NCBI GenBank assembly: GCA_963769935.1
Contig: CAVYNY010000017.1
Span: 1-64,000 of the forward strand
Direction: 5' to 3'
Length of the DNA stretch: 64,000 bases
DNA from: an uncultured delta proteobacterium
GTDB taxonomy: Bacteria; Desulfobacterota; Desulfobacteria; Desulfobacterales; JAFDCJ01
Below the pieces are notes generated by a model that saw nothing but the letters and a program-made list of their open reading frames with translations, was not told the origin of the DNA and made no database searches. This document shows positions 32,491-42,381 of this stretch, in pieces. Within the stretch, counting starts at the first letter, position 1, and each line of letters opens with the position of its first letter. The position numbers and the translations under genes were made by a program.

Positions 32491-34062
32491 ATGTTGCTCC
32501 TTTGCATGGGGTTTTTACTCTTCTTTTACAAGGTCGGAGACCGCGATCTCTGGGCGCCGGATGAAGATGAATACGCCCAGATGAGCCGGGAAATGATCCG
32601 CGATGGCCACTGGATATTTCCGACCGTCAACGGCCAACCCTGGGCCATCAAGCCGGTGCTCTACAATTGGCTTATCGCCGCGGTTTCACTGCCGGGTGGG
32701 GATGTCAATGAGTTTGACGCCCGGGTCTTTTCCGCCCTGGCCGCCCTGGGTACATTTTTGATGACGTTTTATCTTGGCCGGCGAATGTTTTCGACCCAAG
32801 CGGGACTTTTAGCGGCAACGGTTTTAGGAACCAGCATTCTTTTTCTCAAATTCGCCCGCTGGTCGCAGACCTATATGCTGTCGACATTTTTTGCGATGCT
32901 GGCACTTTTTCTTTTCTATCGGGGCTACCGATCGGAAGACAAACGCACGGTTTCCTACCTTTTGATGTATGCCGCCACCGGCCTGGGGGTGTTGACCATG
33001 GGGCCGGTCAACCTGGCAATGCCCGGTCTGGTCATATTCGTGTATCTGCTGTTCATGAAGGATTGGCGGCATATCAGGTACATGCGGTTGGGATGGGGAA
33101 TTCTGATCTTTGTGGCGATCACAGCCCCCTGGTACGTCGCGGTGAGTCTGCAGGAGGGCTACGCCTTCGACCTGCTCATCAAAACCAATGTTTCGCGTTA
33201 TTTTCATACCTGGACCCACGAGGAGCCTTTCTATTACTACCTGATAAATCTGCCGTGGGCCTTTGCACCCTGGTCGCTGTTTTTGCCGGGCGCCTTCCAT
33301 TCGGCCTTTTCCCGGCGGTCACAGGACGACCGCAACGCACTGCGCTTTCTGCTGATCTGGGCCATCGGCCTGTTTGTGTTCTTTTCCATTTCCCAGGCCA
33401 AGCGCGACGAATACATTCTGGGCCTTTATCCGGCCCTGGCGCTTTTGGTGGGGTATTGGGGCGACAAAGCCATTCAGCTCTGGCCCGATAAATATTACCG
33501 CAAGTGGGTGATCGTCCCGTCGCTGATCTTCCTGGGGCTTATGGCGCTGGCAACCCTGGCGCTGCCGGTGGCAACGGGCATTTTCTTCAAGCAATGGTTT
33601 TGGGCGGCCACGGGCGTGAGCGTGATCACCGGGATCTGCGCCGTGCTGCTATGGGTTGCCTGGCGCCGCAATCAGGCCCGCCGCCTGCTGTTTTTGCCGG
33701 CGGCCTTCATGCTGGTATTTACGCTCTACGCCGTGCAGGTGCTGATACCCAGAATGGAAATTTACAAGTCGCCGCGCCCATTTTGCGAGCAGATTACAGC
33801 GCGGCTGGCAACCGGCGGGCAGTGGGCCATGTACAAATTTTACCGGGCGGCCTATGTCTATTACACGGACAGTTTCTGCAAAGTTTTAGAGGACGATAAC
33901 GAATTGCAGGTGTTTCTCGATCAGCCGACCCTATCTCTGGTGGTTATGCGAGAAAAGCAATACAGACGATTAAGCGATGCCCTCAAGGCCAAAACTCAGC
34001 TGCTTTTCCAGGACCAAATCGGTCATCGCGCGATGGTGCTGATCTCCAATCGGAAGGGGTAG
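32491..34062 (+). CDS. ArnT/PMT-like (GT-C) glycosyltransferase
   Basis: LWAPDEDEYAQMSREM, KPVLYNW, APWY and HEEPFYYY; about 13 TM helices. Confidence 0.88.
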   Translation: MLLLCMGFLLFFYKVGDRDLWAPDEDEYAQMSREMIRDGHWIFPTVNGQPWAIKPVLYNWLIAAVSLPGGDVNEFDARVFSALAALGTFLMTFYLGRRMFSTQAGLLAATVLGTSILFLKFARWSQTYMLSTFFAMLALFLFYRGYRSEDKRTVSYLLMYAATGLGVLTMGPVNLAMPGLVIFVYLLFMKDWRHIRYMRLGWGILIFVAITAPWYVAVSLQEGYAFDLLIKTNVSRYFHTWTHEEPFYYYLINLPWAFAPWSLFLPGAFHSAFSRRSQDDRNALRFLLIWAIGLFVFFSISQAKRDEYILGLYPALALLVGYWGDKAIQLWPDKYYRKWVIVPSLIFLGLMALATLALPVATGIFFKQWFWAATGVSVITGICAVLLWVAWRRNQARRLLFLPAAFMLVFTLYAVQVLIPRMEIYKSPRPFCEQITARLATGGQWAMYKFYRAAYVYYTDSFCKVLEDDNELQVFLDQPTLSLVVMREKQYRRLSDALKAKTQLLFQDQIGHRAMVLISNRKG

Positions 34063-34065
34063 TAT

Positions 34066-34749
34066 ATGAAATTACTCCTCGTGGATGATGAACCGGGCCT
34101 TTTGGATCAACTCGTCAAAATGCTCACCCGCCAGCGCTACGATGTCGATACCGCCGCCGACGGAGAAGCCGCCCTGGACAAACTGTTTGAAAACCCTTAC
34201 GATTTGGTTGTCCTGGACATTATGCTGCCGAAGACCGACGGGTTGACGGTGCTTAAGGAAATGCGTGCGGCCGGCATCCGGACTCCCGTCCTCATGCTGA
34301 CCGCGAAGGGCGCGGTCGAAGACAAGGTCAAGGGGTTGGATTACGGGGCGGACGACTATCTGGCCAAACCCTTTGCCACGGCCGAATTGATGGCCAGAAT
34401 CCGCACGCTTTTCAGGCGCAGCGGTGAGCAGATGCATGCCGTACTGATCGTCAATGATATCACCCTGGATACCAGAACCCGCGAAGCCCGCCGTCAAGGT
34501 CGTATCCTAGAGCTGACACCCAAAGAATTTTCAATTTTGGAATTTCTCTTGTATAACAAAAACCGGGCGGTTTCCCGATTCACGCTGGCGGAGCATGTCT
34601 GGGGCGAGGCCTTCGATCCGTTTACCATGTCCAATTTCATCGACGTCCACCTGAAAAATCTGCGACGCAAAATCGGCGATGCCGGCGACCATAAGGTCAT
34701 TCGCACCATCCGCGGCATCGGATTTATCATCGAGGATGACCCAAGTTGA
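34066..34749 (+). CDS. OmpR-family response regulator
   Basis: LLVDDE, LDIMLP, GADDYLAKPF and a winged-helix domain (IRTIRGIGF). Confidence 0.95.
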   Translation: MKLLLVDDEPGLLDQLVKMLTRQRYDVDTAADGEAALDKLFENPYDLVVLDIMLPKTDGLTVLKEMRAAGIRTPVLMLTAKGAVEDKVKGLDYGADDYLAKPFATAELMARIRTLFRRSGEQMHAVLIVNDITLDTRTREARRQGRILELTPKEFSILEFLLYNKNRAVSRFTLAEHVWGEAFDPFTMSNFIDVHLKNLRRKIGDAGDHKVIRTIRGIGFIIEDDPS

Positions 34750-36125
34750 AAATACGGCTAAAAATAGCTCTGTGGATTACCGGGGCCGGCGTTTTGGTAA
34801 GTCTGGTATTCTCGACAGTCGTATTTTTGGCAATGATTGAGCAGCCCTACCGCCTGATAGATAATGAGTTGAGTACGGTTTCCAAGTTTGTGATGCGCTT
34901 TGCGCTTCCGACAGGTGAAATACCGGAGCGGATAAAAAACACCAACTCGCCGATGAATTCAAAGGAATATTGGATCAAGATCTTCAACACCCATCAGACG
35001 GTCGTTTACCAGTCGGAATTGACCCGCTATGTAGATTTGCCGCTGTATGATAAGCATAGCGGATATACGGTCAGAACCACTGTCCCCGGCGAGCACTTGC
35101 GGCTGAACCGGGACAAAGAAAAGGAAGTGACTTTTCGGGTTAGAAGATTTCGGGTGCCGGTTAAAGGCGGCACCTATATCGTTCAGATCGGCAAGCCGAT
35201 TGAAAAGCTGGATGAAGAAACTATCGAGACAATAAAAGGGATTGCTTTCGGGCTAGCAACGGCGATGCTGCTGCTCGTTGTTCTGAGCTACCTGATCGCC
35301 GGCAAGGTGCTCAAACCGATCGGGGTGATTGACCGGTTGGCGCGGGAGATCAATGACAAAAACCTGAGCGTGCGCATTCCCCTCGGCCAAAGCCGCGACG
35401 AGCTCTATCGCCTGTCGAAGTCTCTCAATCGAATGTTCGACCGATTGCAGAGTTCTTTTGATACCCAAAAAGAGTTTGTCGCCAGTGCTTCTCATGAATT
35501 GAAAAGCCCGCTGGCCCTGCTGCAGCTGTCAATGGAGGACGGCATCCAAAATCCGGATTTGCCGGTAAGTTTCCGGGAGCAATTAATCCGGCAAACGGAT
35601 ATTGTGCGCCGAATGAGCCGACTGGTAAAAAACCTGCTGGATTTATCAGCCCTGGAGTTGAAAGAATGCCTCGATCTGAAGGAGATCGACCTGGCCGAAT
35701 TGATAAAATCGGTTCTCAGCGATTATGAAGTGGTATTCAGCACAAAAAAGATCGACGTCCAGGCCGATATCCCGCCAGAGCTGAAAGTCAAGGGGGATCG
35801 GGAAAATCTGCAGCGGGCCATTATCAACCTGGTCGACAACGCCGTCAAATATAATCAAGAAGGCGGGAAAATAAAACTGGAGGCGGCGGCAAAGAACAAG
35901 GGGGTGCACATGTCTTTGTTGAATACCGGCATGGGCATTCCGGCCGCGGATCTTGATCGCGTTTTTGTGCAGTTTTATCGGGTTGAAAAGTCACGATCCG
36001 CCGCCTACGGCGGATCGGGTCTGGGACTATCCATCGTAAAGCGTATCATCGAACTTCACGGCGGCCGTATAGACATAGAAAGCGACCCGTCTGCCTGGAC
36101 CCGCGTGAATATTTTTCTGCCGTAA
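34746..36125 (+). CDS. HAMP-domain sensor histidine kinase
   Basis: 2 TM helices, HAMP, ASHELKSPL, NLVDNAVKY and GSGLGLSI. Confidence 0.95.
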   Translation: MKIRLKIALWITGAGVLVSLVFSTVVFLAMIEQPYRLIDNELSTVSKFVMRFALPTGEIPERIKNTNSPMNSKEYWIKIFNTHQTVVYQSELTRYVDLPLYDKHSGYTVRTTVPGEHLRLNRDKEKEVTFRVRRFRVPVKGGTYIVQIGKPIEKLDEETIETIKGIAFGLATAMLLLVVLSYLIAGKVLKPIGVIDRLAREINDKNLSVRIPLGQSRDELYRLSKSLNRMFDRLQSSFDTQKEFVASASHELKSPLALLQLSMEDGIQNPDLPVSFREQLIRQTDIVRRMSRLVKNLLDLSALELKECLDLKEIDLAELIKSVLSDYEVVFSTKKIDVQADIPPELKVKGDRENLQRAIINLVDNAVKYNQEGGKIKLEAAAKNKGVHMSLLNTGMGIPAADLDRVFVQFYRVEKSRSAAYGGSGLGLSIVKRIIELHGGRIDIESDPSAWTRVNIFLP

Positions 36126-36154
36126 TTAATTCCTGATTGCTATTTGCAAATTTC

Positions 36155-36871
36155 TTACTCCGCAAACATCCAGTTATCCGAGCCGGTCAACTTAATTCCG
36201 ACGCCTGTGAACCACACCCGAAAATTTTTATCCTCCCCCTGATGATTCAAAGCCACCACCAGTGGGCCCACCTGTCGATGATTTTCCCAGGTGGCGATGC
36301 TGGTGGGTTTGTCTGAACCGCCGCGGCGATAGGCCCATTGCTGCAGCCGGTAATCATCGGCAAGATAAACCTCATAAACATCACCGGGGGTATACGCCCC
36401 CTCGGTCGCCGAATAGGTGACCACGACACACCCGGCCGGGCCGCCGCCAATAGGAAGCTTTCGGCGGCCGACATCTTCCACTTTTGCATCGGTGTCCCAG
36501 ACAATGTGAAACGGAAACAACAGCCAGTAATTGTCATTGATGAACCAGGCATCAACCTTTTTCAGCGCGGATGAGGCGGTCCTTTCGATTTCATGACGAT
36601 AGTAAGTGACCGGTTCCCGATAATCCATCCCCTTGAACGTGACCCTGTTATTTTTGGGCTCCCAGATCCAGAAACGGCTGATCTGAATTTCGCCGAGCTT
36701 TATGTTAAACGTGTACTGGATCTGTTCAACCTGAGGAAAATATTGAACACCATAAGATTTGCCGATGCGCTGCCGTATGACTATCTCCGATGTTTGCTTG
36801 TCATGACCGGCACAGGCGCCAAGACCTATGAGCAGAAGAGATATCAGAAGACATCCCCCAAAAAATTTCAT
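36155..36871 (-). CDS. Hypothetical lipoprotein, paralogue of 39788..40501
   Basis: Lipobox LGAC; shares FINDNYWLLFP and YTPGDVYE with 39788..40501. Confidence 0.75.
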   Translation of the reverse strand: MKFFGGCLLISLLLIGLGACAGHDKQTSEIVIRQRIGKSYGVQYFPQVEQIQYTFNIKLGEIQISRFWIWEPKNNRVTFKGMDYREPVTYYRHEIERTASSALKKVDAWFINDNYWLLFPFHIVWDTDAKVEDVGRRKLPIGGGPAGCVVVTYSATEGAYTPGDVYEVYLADDYRLQQWAYRRGGSDKPTSIATWENHRQVGPLVVALNHQGEDKNFRVWFTGVGIKLTGSDNWMFAE

Positions 36872-36894
36872 AAAATACCCCCTCCTTGACTTGC

Positions 36895-37506
36895 TTACTT
36901 TGCAAGTTTTGCAGCAATATTCGCTACATGCCGGCCCTGAAACCGTGCGGCCTCCAGTTCGTTTTCGCTCGGCATGCGGGAGCCGTCTCTGCCGGCGATC
37001 GTTGAAGCGCCGTAGGGGGAACCGCCGGTTATCTCATCGATGCGCATTTGCCCCTGGAACGCATAGGGCAGGCCCACAACCACAAACCCCTGATGCAGCA
37101 GGGTGATATGAAAACTTAGAATGGTGGATTCCTGCCCGCCGTGCTGGGTAGCGGAACTTGCAAAAACACTGCCCACTTTGCCTACCAGGGAACCATTGGC
37201 CCAGAGCTGCCCGGTGGCATCCAAAAACTGGCGCATCTGGCCGCACATGTTGCCGAAGCGGGTGGGGGTCCCGAAAATAATTGCGTCGGCGCCGGGCAAC
37301 TCATCCACTGTGCACACCGGTACATGGGCAAATGCTTTCTGGGCATCGACAGCGCCCATCTTTGCAAGCACGTCCTTCGTTAATGTTTCCGGAACGCGTC
37401 GCAGCTCGACTTCGGCTCCGTCCACTTGCTTGACGCCTTCAGCCACGGCCTCGGCCATTTTATAAATATGTCCATATGTCGAATAAAAAACAACTAATAC
37501 TTTCAT
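36895..37506 (-). CDS. wrbA: NAD(P)H:quinone oxidoreductase WrbA
   Basis: [24 protein letters not shown] and GGSPYGA. Confidence 0.95.
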   Translation of the reverse strand: MKVLVVFYSTYGHIYKMAEAVAEGVKQVDGAEVELRRVPETLTKDVLAKMGAVDAQKAFAHVPVCTVDELPGADAIIFGTPTRFGNMCGQMRQFLDATGQLWANGSLVGKVGSVFASSATQHGGQESTILSFHITLLHQGFVVVGLPYAFQGQMRIDEITGGSPYGASTIAGRDGSRMPSENELEAARFQGRHVANIAAKLAK

Positions 37507-37630
37507 GATTGATTCCTCCGTTTTTCAATTGAATATTGATGGACAATAAAAAAAGCGCCGGTCTGCCCGGTCGCGTTTCCCTTTGACCAGACCGCGTTTT
37601 TCTAAATTGTCATTGATGTCTCGATATTAA

Positions 37631-37650
37631 TTAGTTTAGCATCAAACTAA
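37631..37650. promoter_or_regulatory. Palindromic operator upstream of wrbA (MarR-like)
   Basis: TTAGTTT-agcatc-AAACTAA in the divergent intergenic region. Confidence 0.5.
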
Positions 37651-37906
37651 TGCAGCCCTGTAATTCGGTCAAGAGATTGCCCATATTTTCCGGCGGCCGC
37701 TATGAAATAATAAAGGAAAACTCTACGCAGATCGTGCCGGCTTGACAATGTGCCGCGTTGTCGTATTTTCGGGTAATAGATTCTTTCCTCGGATCCTTTC
37801 TTAATACCGTGTCAGATAACCTGGGGAAGAGATCTTTCTATTCTTAGTCTACCTGCCCGAGGGACAGCATCGATCCAAGTCTGCCATATTCAAAGGAGGA
37901 TACCAA

Positions 37907-38728
37907 GTGAATAATAAGTTCTTTAATATAACATCGGCCGTTTTCTTAACGGCAATTTTAGTTTTTGCTTTCTCACCGGCGCAGGCTTTTGAACTGCAAT
38001 GGTTCGGACAATCTGCTTTTAAAATCACTACCCCGGGCGGCAAAGTCATTTTGATTGACCCTTTTATCACGAAGAACCCGAAGACTCCCGAAGCTTTCAA
38101 GGACCTTGGAAAATTAGGAAAGATTGATTTGATACTTGTCACACACGGCCACGGCGATCATATCGGCGATACTGCTGAAATTTCAAAAATGAGCGGTGCA
38201 AAAGTGGCGATGAACGCCGATATGGGACATACCTTTGCCTCATTGGGATGGGTGCCGTATGATCGTTTAATCGGTTTTAACAAAGGCGGAACGATAACGC
38301 CGCTTGGCCCGGATATAAGAATCACCATGGTACAGGCCCAGCACAGTTCGGATGTGGTTTTTACCGACCCGGCGACGCAAAAGAAAACGGTGCTCCCGGG
38401 CGGCGAGCCGGTCGGCTACATCATTGAGCTGGAAAATGGCTTTAAAATTTACCATGCCGGGGACACGGGGGTTTTCGGCGACATGCAAATCATCGGAGAT
38501 TATTACAAACCGGACCTGGCTTTGTTACCCATAGGTGGACATTATACCATGGATCCGGCCGGCGCCGCCTATGCCGTTCGAAATTTCTTAAAGGTAAGCC
38601 GGATCATACCCATGCATTACGGTACCTTTCCGCCCCTGAAGGGGACCCCCCAGGAGCTGAAACAACAACTTGCGGGTCATTCCGCAGAGGTTATTGTAAT
38701 GGAGCCCGGTGAGAAACGAAATTTTTAA
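37907..38728 (+). CDS. Exported metallo-beta-lactamase-fold hydrolase (UPF0173-like)
   Basis: Signal peptide, THGHGDH, YHAGDT and PMHYGTFP. Confidence 0.9.
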   Translation: MNNKFFNITSAVFLTAILVFAFSPAQAFELQWFGQSAFKITTPGGKVILIDPFITKNPKTPEAFKDLGKLGKIDLILVTHGHGDHIGDTAEISKMSGAKVAMNADMGHTFASLGWVPYDRLIGFNKGGTITPLGPDIRITMVQAQHSSDVVFTDPATQKKTVLPGGEPVGYIIELENGFKIYHAGDTGVFGDMQIIGDYYKPDLALLPIGGHYTMDPAGAAYAVRNFLKVSRIIPMHYGTFPPLKGTPQELKQQLAGHSAEVIVMEPGEKRNF

Positions 38729-38879
38729 AATACTGCCAAGGGAAATATCCCCAGGCGGGCCGCAGGTCACTAAACCTTAAAAAAAGACTAAAATTAGAGC
38801 AGCGTTTGTGTTAAATAGACTTATGCGGAGGTGGTGTATCAGATTCGAAGTGAACTATATTCGGAAGAGAGTTTTAGAA

Positions 38880-39758
38880 ATGAAATTGAAATGCATTAAA
38901 ATTTTAATCCCTCTGGCCATTGTTATGGTTGTGTTTTCCATTTCCCCTCTGGGAGCTTCCGGAGCCGTCGAATGGAGCATCCTGAAAACGCTCAAGTTGG
39001 ATGCCGCCCCTATTGATATGGCCGTTTCCCCCGACGGCAGAAGAATTTTCGTGCTTACCGAGCAGGGAAAAATCATTGTTTATTCTGCCGATGCCGAAGA
39101 AGAGGCCACCATTGACGTGGGACGGCAGGTGGACAAAATCCGACTGGGCCCCGAGGGGGACATACTTATCTCAAACAGCCGTGAAAACAAAACGGTGCAG
39201 GTCTTTGCCGTTGACTTCATTCAGAAGATCAATATTTCCGGCTCCCCGTTCAAAGGCCCGGTCGATGCACCCATTGTGATTGTTGCTTTCGACGATTTCC
39301 AGTGACCTTACTGTGCCAGGCTTGTGCCGGTACTCGGGCAGGTGCTCGAAAAATATCCCAGGGATGTAAAAGTTGTCTTTAAAAATTTTCCGCTCAACAG
39401 CCACAGATTTGCCTTCCAAGCCGCGGCGGCCGCTCTGGCGGCCGGCGCCCAGGGAAAATTCTGGGAATTTCACGACCGGCTGTTTGAAAATTACAACCAC
39501 CTGAATGATCAGACAATTCGGGACATAGCCTTATCATTGAATTTGGATATGGTCGAATTCGAGAAAAAAATGAAAGACCCCGAAATACAAAAGAGAATCC
39601 GACAGGACATTATTGATGGGAGCCAAGCGGGGGTCAACAGCACCCCCACCGTCTTTATCAACGGCAGGCTTTTAAGAAACCGAAGCTTTGCAGGATTCCA
39701 GGCGGCTATTGAAAAAGAACTGCAATCGCTCGACAATAAGGCCGCTAAACCGAATTAA
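38880..39758 (+). CDS. DsbA/thioredoxin-fold selenoprotein (U-P-Y-C) with N-terminal beta-propeller-like segment
   Basis: The single frame reads FDDFQ-TGA(39303-39305)-PYCARL...KNFPL...QGKFWEFHD...GVNSTPTVFING. The TGA occupies the first Cys position of the CPYC motif. Confidence 0.9.
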
Positions 39759-39787
39759 TTACTTATAAAAAGAAGGAGGTGTCCATT

Positions 39788-40501
39788 ATGGATTCACCAA
39801 TAAAATATCTTCTAATTACATTAGTGCTGGGTATTACGGTTGCATGCTCCGGGGTCCAGAATCAGGCCGGGGCGGCGGACATGCGCCAGAAAGTCGCCGA
39901 AGCTTATGGAATTCAAAACTTCGGGCAAATCGAGCAGATCAGATATACGTTCAACGTGCAGTTGGGCGACAAAAGTGTCAGCCGATCCTGGATCTGGCAG
40001 CCGAAGACGGATGAGGTTACCTTTACGGCCGGCGGCAATGCGCAGCCGATCACCTATAGCCGCAAAAAAATTTCGGCTGCCGCCCCCGATAATTTGAAAA
40101 AGATCGACGGTATGTTTATCAATGACAATTACTGGCTTTTATTTCCGATACACATGGCCTGGGACCATCAGGCCAAGGTTGAGGATGCCGGTCAAAAAGA
40201 TTTGCCCATAGGCGCCGGAAAAGCCAGATGTCTGGTTGTGAGCTATCCGTCTGAAGGCGGCTATACGCCCGGCGATGTATACGAACTTTTTCTGGACGAC
40301 AGCTATCGGATAACCCAATGGATCTACCATAAAGGCGGTGCAGCAGCACCAACCAGGATCGCCACCTGGGAGGACAATCGCCAGGTAGGACCGTTGGTGC
40401 TTTCACTGAATCGTCCAGGGGCCGATAAAAATTTCCGCGTATGGTTTTCAGACGTGGCCGTCAAGACGAGCAGCTCAGCCAACTGGATTGGTGCAGATTA
40501 A
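39788..40501 (+). CDS. Hypothetical lipoprotein, paralogue of 36155..36871
   Basis: AAGGAGG RBS, lipobox TVAC, shared motifs with 36155..36871. Confidence 0.75.
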   Translation: MDSPIKYLLITLVLGITVACSGVQNQAGAADMRQKVAEAYGIQNFGQIEQIRYTFNVQLGDKSVSRSWIWQPKTDEVTFTAGGNAQPITYSRKKISAAAPDNLKKIDGMFINDNYWLLFPIHMAWDHQAKVEDAGQKDLPIGAGKARCLVVSYPSEGGYTPGDVYELFLDDSYRITQWIYHKGGAAAPTRIATWEDNRQVGPLVLSLNRPGADKNFRVWFSDVAVKTSSSANWIGAD

Positions 40502-40672
40502 ATTCCCGCTCCTCTTAAATTATCCGCCCTGAAAAATAGCACATTCAGAAAAAGAATTCTAGAATAAATCCAAAAAGACCGTTGTACTCACGGACATATT
40601 AATGATAGAAATCGGACAAAATTTTCGAAAACCCCTGAAATTTAAAAACCTGTAGAAAATGAAAGGAGACAT

Positions 40673-41131
40673 ATGAAAACAATCGCCAGGGTCGCAACCT
40701 TCGTATTTATCGCTGCATTTGTGTTGACGGCTGCCTACGCTCAGTTTGATAAACCCGAAGACGCCATCAAATACCGTCAATCGGTCATGTTTCTGATTGG
40801 ACAGCATGTCAAGCGCATGGGAGCTGTCGTCCAGGGCAAGGCGGCCTACGACAAGGATGATTTTGCTGCCAACGCCGATGTCGTCGCAATGCTGGCAACC
40901 CTTCCGTGGCAGGCCTTCACGCAACCGGGTACCGATAAAGGTGATACGAACATGACTTCGGCGGTGTTTGAAAAGGAGGATCAATTCAGAGAAATATCGG
41001 AATCATTTCAAACTGCAACCGCAAAGCTGGCCAGTACCGCCCGAGACGGCGATCTTAACGCCATCAAGGCGCAATTCGGCAAGACTGCCCAAAACTGCAA
41101 CAACTGCCACAAGGAATTTCGTAAAAAGTAG
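40673..41131 (+). CDS. Cytochrome c' (class II cytochrome c)
   Basis: Signal peptide, AIKYRQSVM and C-terminal CNNCHKEFR. Confidence 0.92.
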   Translation: MKTIARVATFVFIAAFVLTAAYAQFDKPEDAIKYRQSVMFLIGQHVKRMGAVVQGKAAYDKDDFAANADVVAMLATLPWQAFTQPGTDKGDTNMTSAVFEKEDQFREISESFQTATAKLASTARDGDLNAIKAQFGKTAQNCNNCHKEFRKK

Positions 41132-41301
41132 AGCCCAGCGGCTTCAGGTTCAGGGCTCAAAGGTTGCAATTGAAAACCATTGCCAAGAATAATAAAAACT
41201 ACCATATGCCGCTTACTTCACGTGGCCAATTGTCGTAACCATCGGCATATGCCAATGGGCGCAATCCAAGGCGGGAAACCCTGAACCGCTCAACCTAAAA
41301 T

Positions 41302-42003
41302 TCAATAAAGAATTAAATAGGCGGCGACTGCCACCACCGCAGCGATGGTAAGGGCCAAGGCCGGATTGCCCCAGGCAGAATCCTGGTTTTGATGCCATTC
41401 TTTGGTACCTGTGATCATCGGTTTGATCAGGTTTTCGCGCTTGGCGACAAGGTAGAACAGGACTGCACAGATATGGATTACCACCAGAACCAGGAGTACT
41501 TTTTGATTCAGGAGATGAATGCCCGTCAGCCAGTCACTGGTTTTCTTGCTGACCCAACCGTACAACGGACCTTCGAAAAGGATATCGTCATTGGCAAATA
41601 GACCGGTGCCGGCCTGAATGAGGAGTGAAATCAGCATGGCTATGATCGACCATCCACCGAGCGGATTGTGACCGAGATGGCGCCTTGAATCTGTGTGCAG
41701 CAGGGAAGATGCGTAGCGAATAACCGCGGCCGGACCCTTCACGAAGGTGATAAACCGCGACTGCTGTCCACCCGTAAAGCCCCATACCAGCCGGAATACA
41801 ACCAGCACTATGATCGCAAATCCGCTCCATTCGTGATACTTAAGGGCGTTGCCGCCGATTTTACCTGTAGAAAAAGAGAAAACAACCAACGCAACCAGCA
41901 GCCAGTGAAAAAGCCGCGTAGGGATATCCCATACCCGAATCGAGTACATCTTTTTTTCAGCATTTTCCGGTGTCGATTGAAAGTCCGATTTCGGGTCATT
42001 CAT
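41302..42003 (-). CDS. Cytochrome b/b6-domain protein (Ni-hydrogenase cyt b-like)
   Basis: VWDIPTRLFHW, GHNPLGG and ENLIKPMITG; four His-bearing TM helices. Confidence 0.9.
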   Translation of the reverse strand: MNDPKSDFQSTPENAEKKMYSIRVWDIPTRLFHWLLVALVVFSFSTGKIGGNALKYHEWSGFAIIVLVVFRLVWGFTGGQQSRFITFVKGPAAVIRYASSLLHTDSRRHLGHNPLGGWSIIAMLISLLIQAGTGLFANDDILFEGPLYGWVSKKTSDWLTGIHLLNQKVLLVLVVIHICAVLFYLVAKRENLIKPMITGTKEWHQNQDSAWGNPALALTIAAVVAVAAYLILY

Positions 42004-42018
42004 TTTCAGCAGCTCCTT

Positions 42019-42176
42019 AGGGCTCACTCAAAAATAACTTCACATTTTATACGCCGCTGCATCCCACCCGGCTGCGTTGCGAAAGCTCGGAATATCCAGA
42101 AATTCCTGCGTTTTCGCACCTTGCCAGCCGAGCGCCGCAACGCCTGAAATTGTGGACTAATTTTTTCGTGAACCCT
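42019..42176. mobile_element. MITE-like non-autonomous element (158 bp)
   Basis: Imperfect terminal inverted repeats AGGGCTCACTCAAAAATAA and TAATTTTTTCGTGAACCCT; structured GC-rich interior; no transposase. Confidence 0.6.
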
Positions 42177-42381
42177 TTTCAGAAGAAATACAACATTATT
42201 GCCGGAATTCAAGGGGATCGCCGATGAGTTTTTCCGCGAATCCGGCTATTCTTGCTGGGATAAATATAGGCTTTATATTCAAAGGAATGCCTGGCATGCG
42301 AGTCCTGAAGGAGATTCAATCCTGCAAGTAAAGAATCCTGGCCCACAGGACCAGGTTTTAAATGTCGGAACAAAAAAGGAA

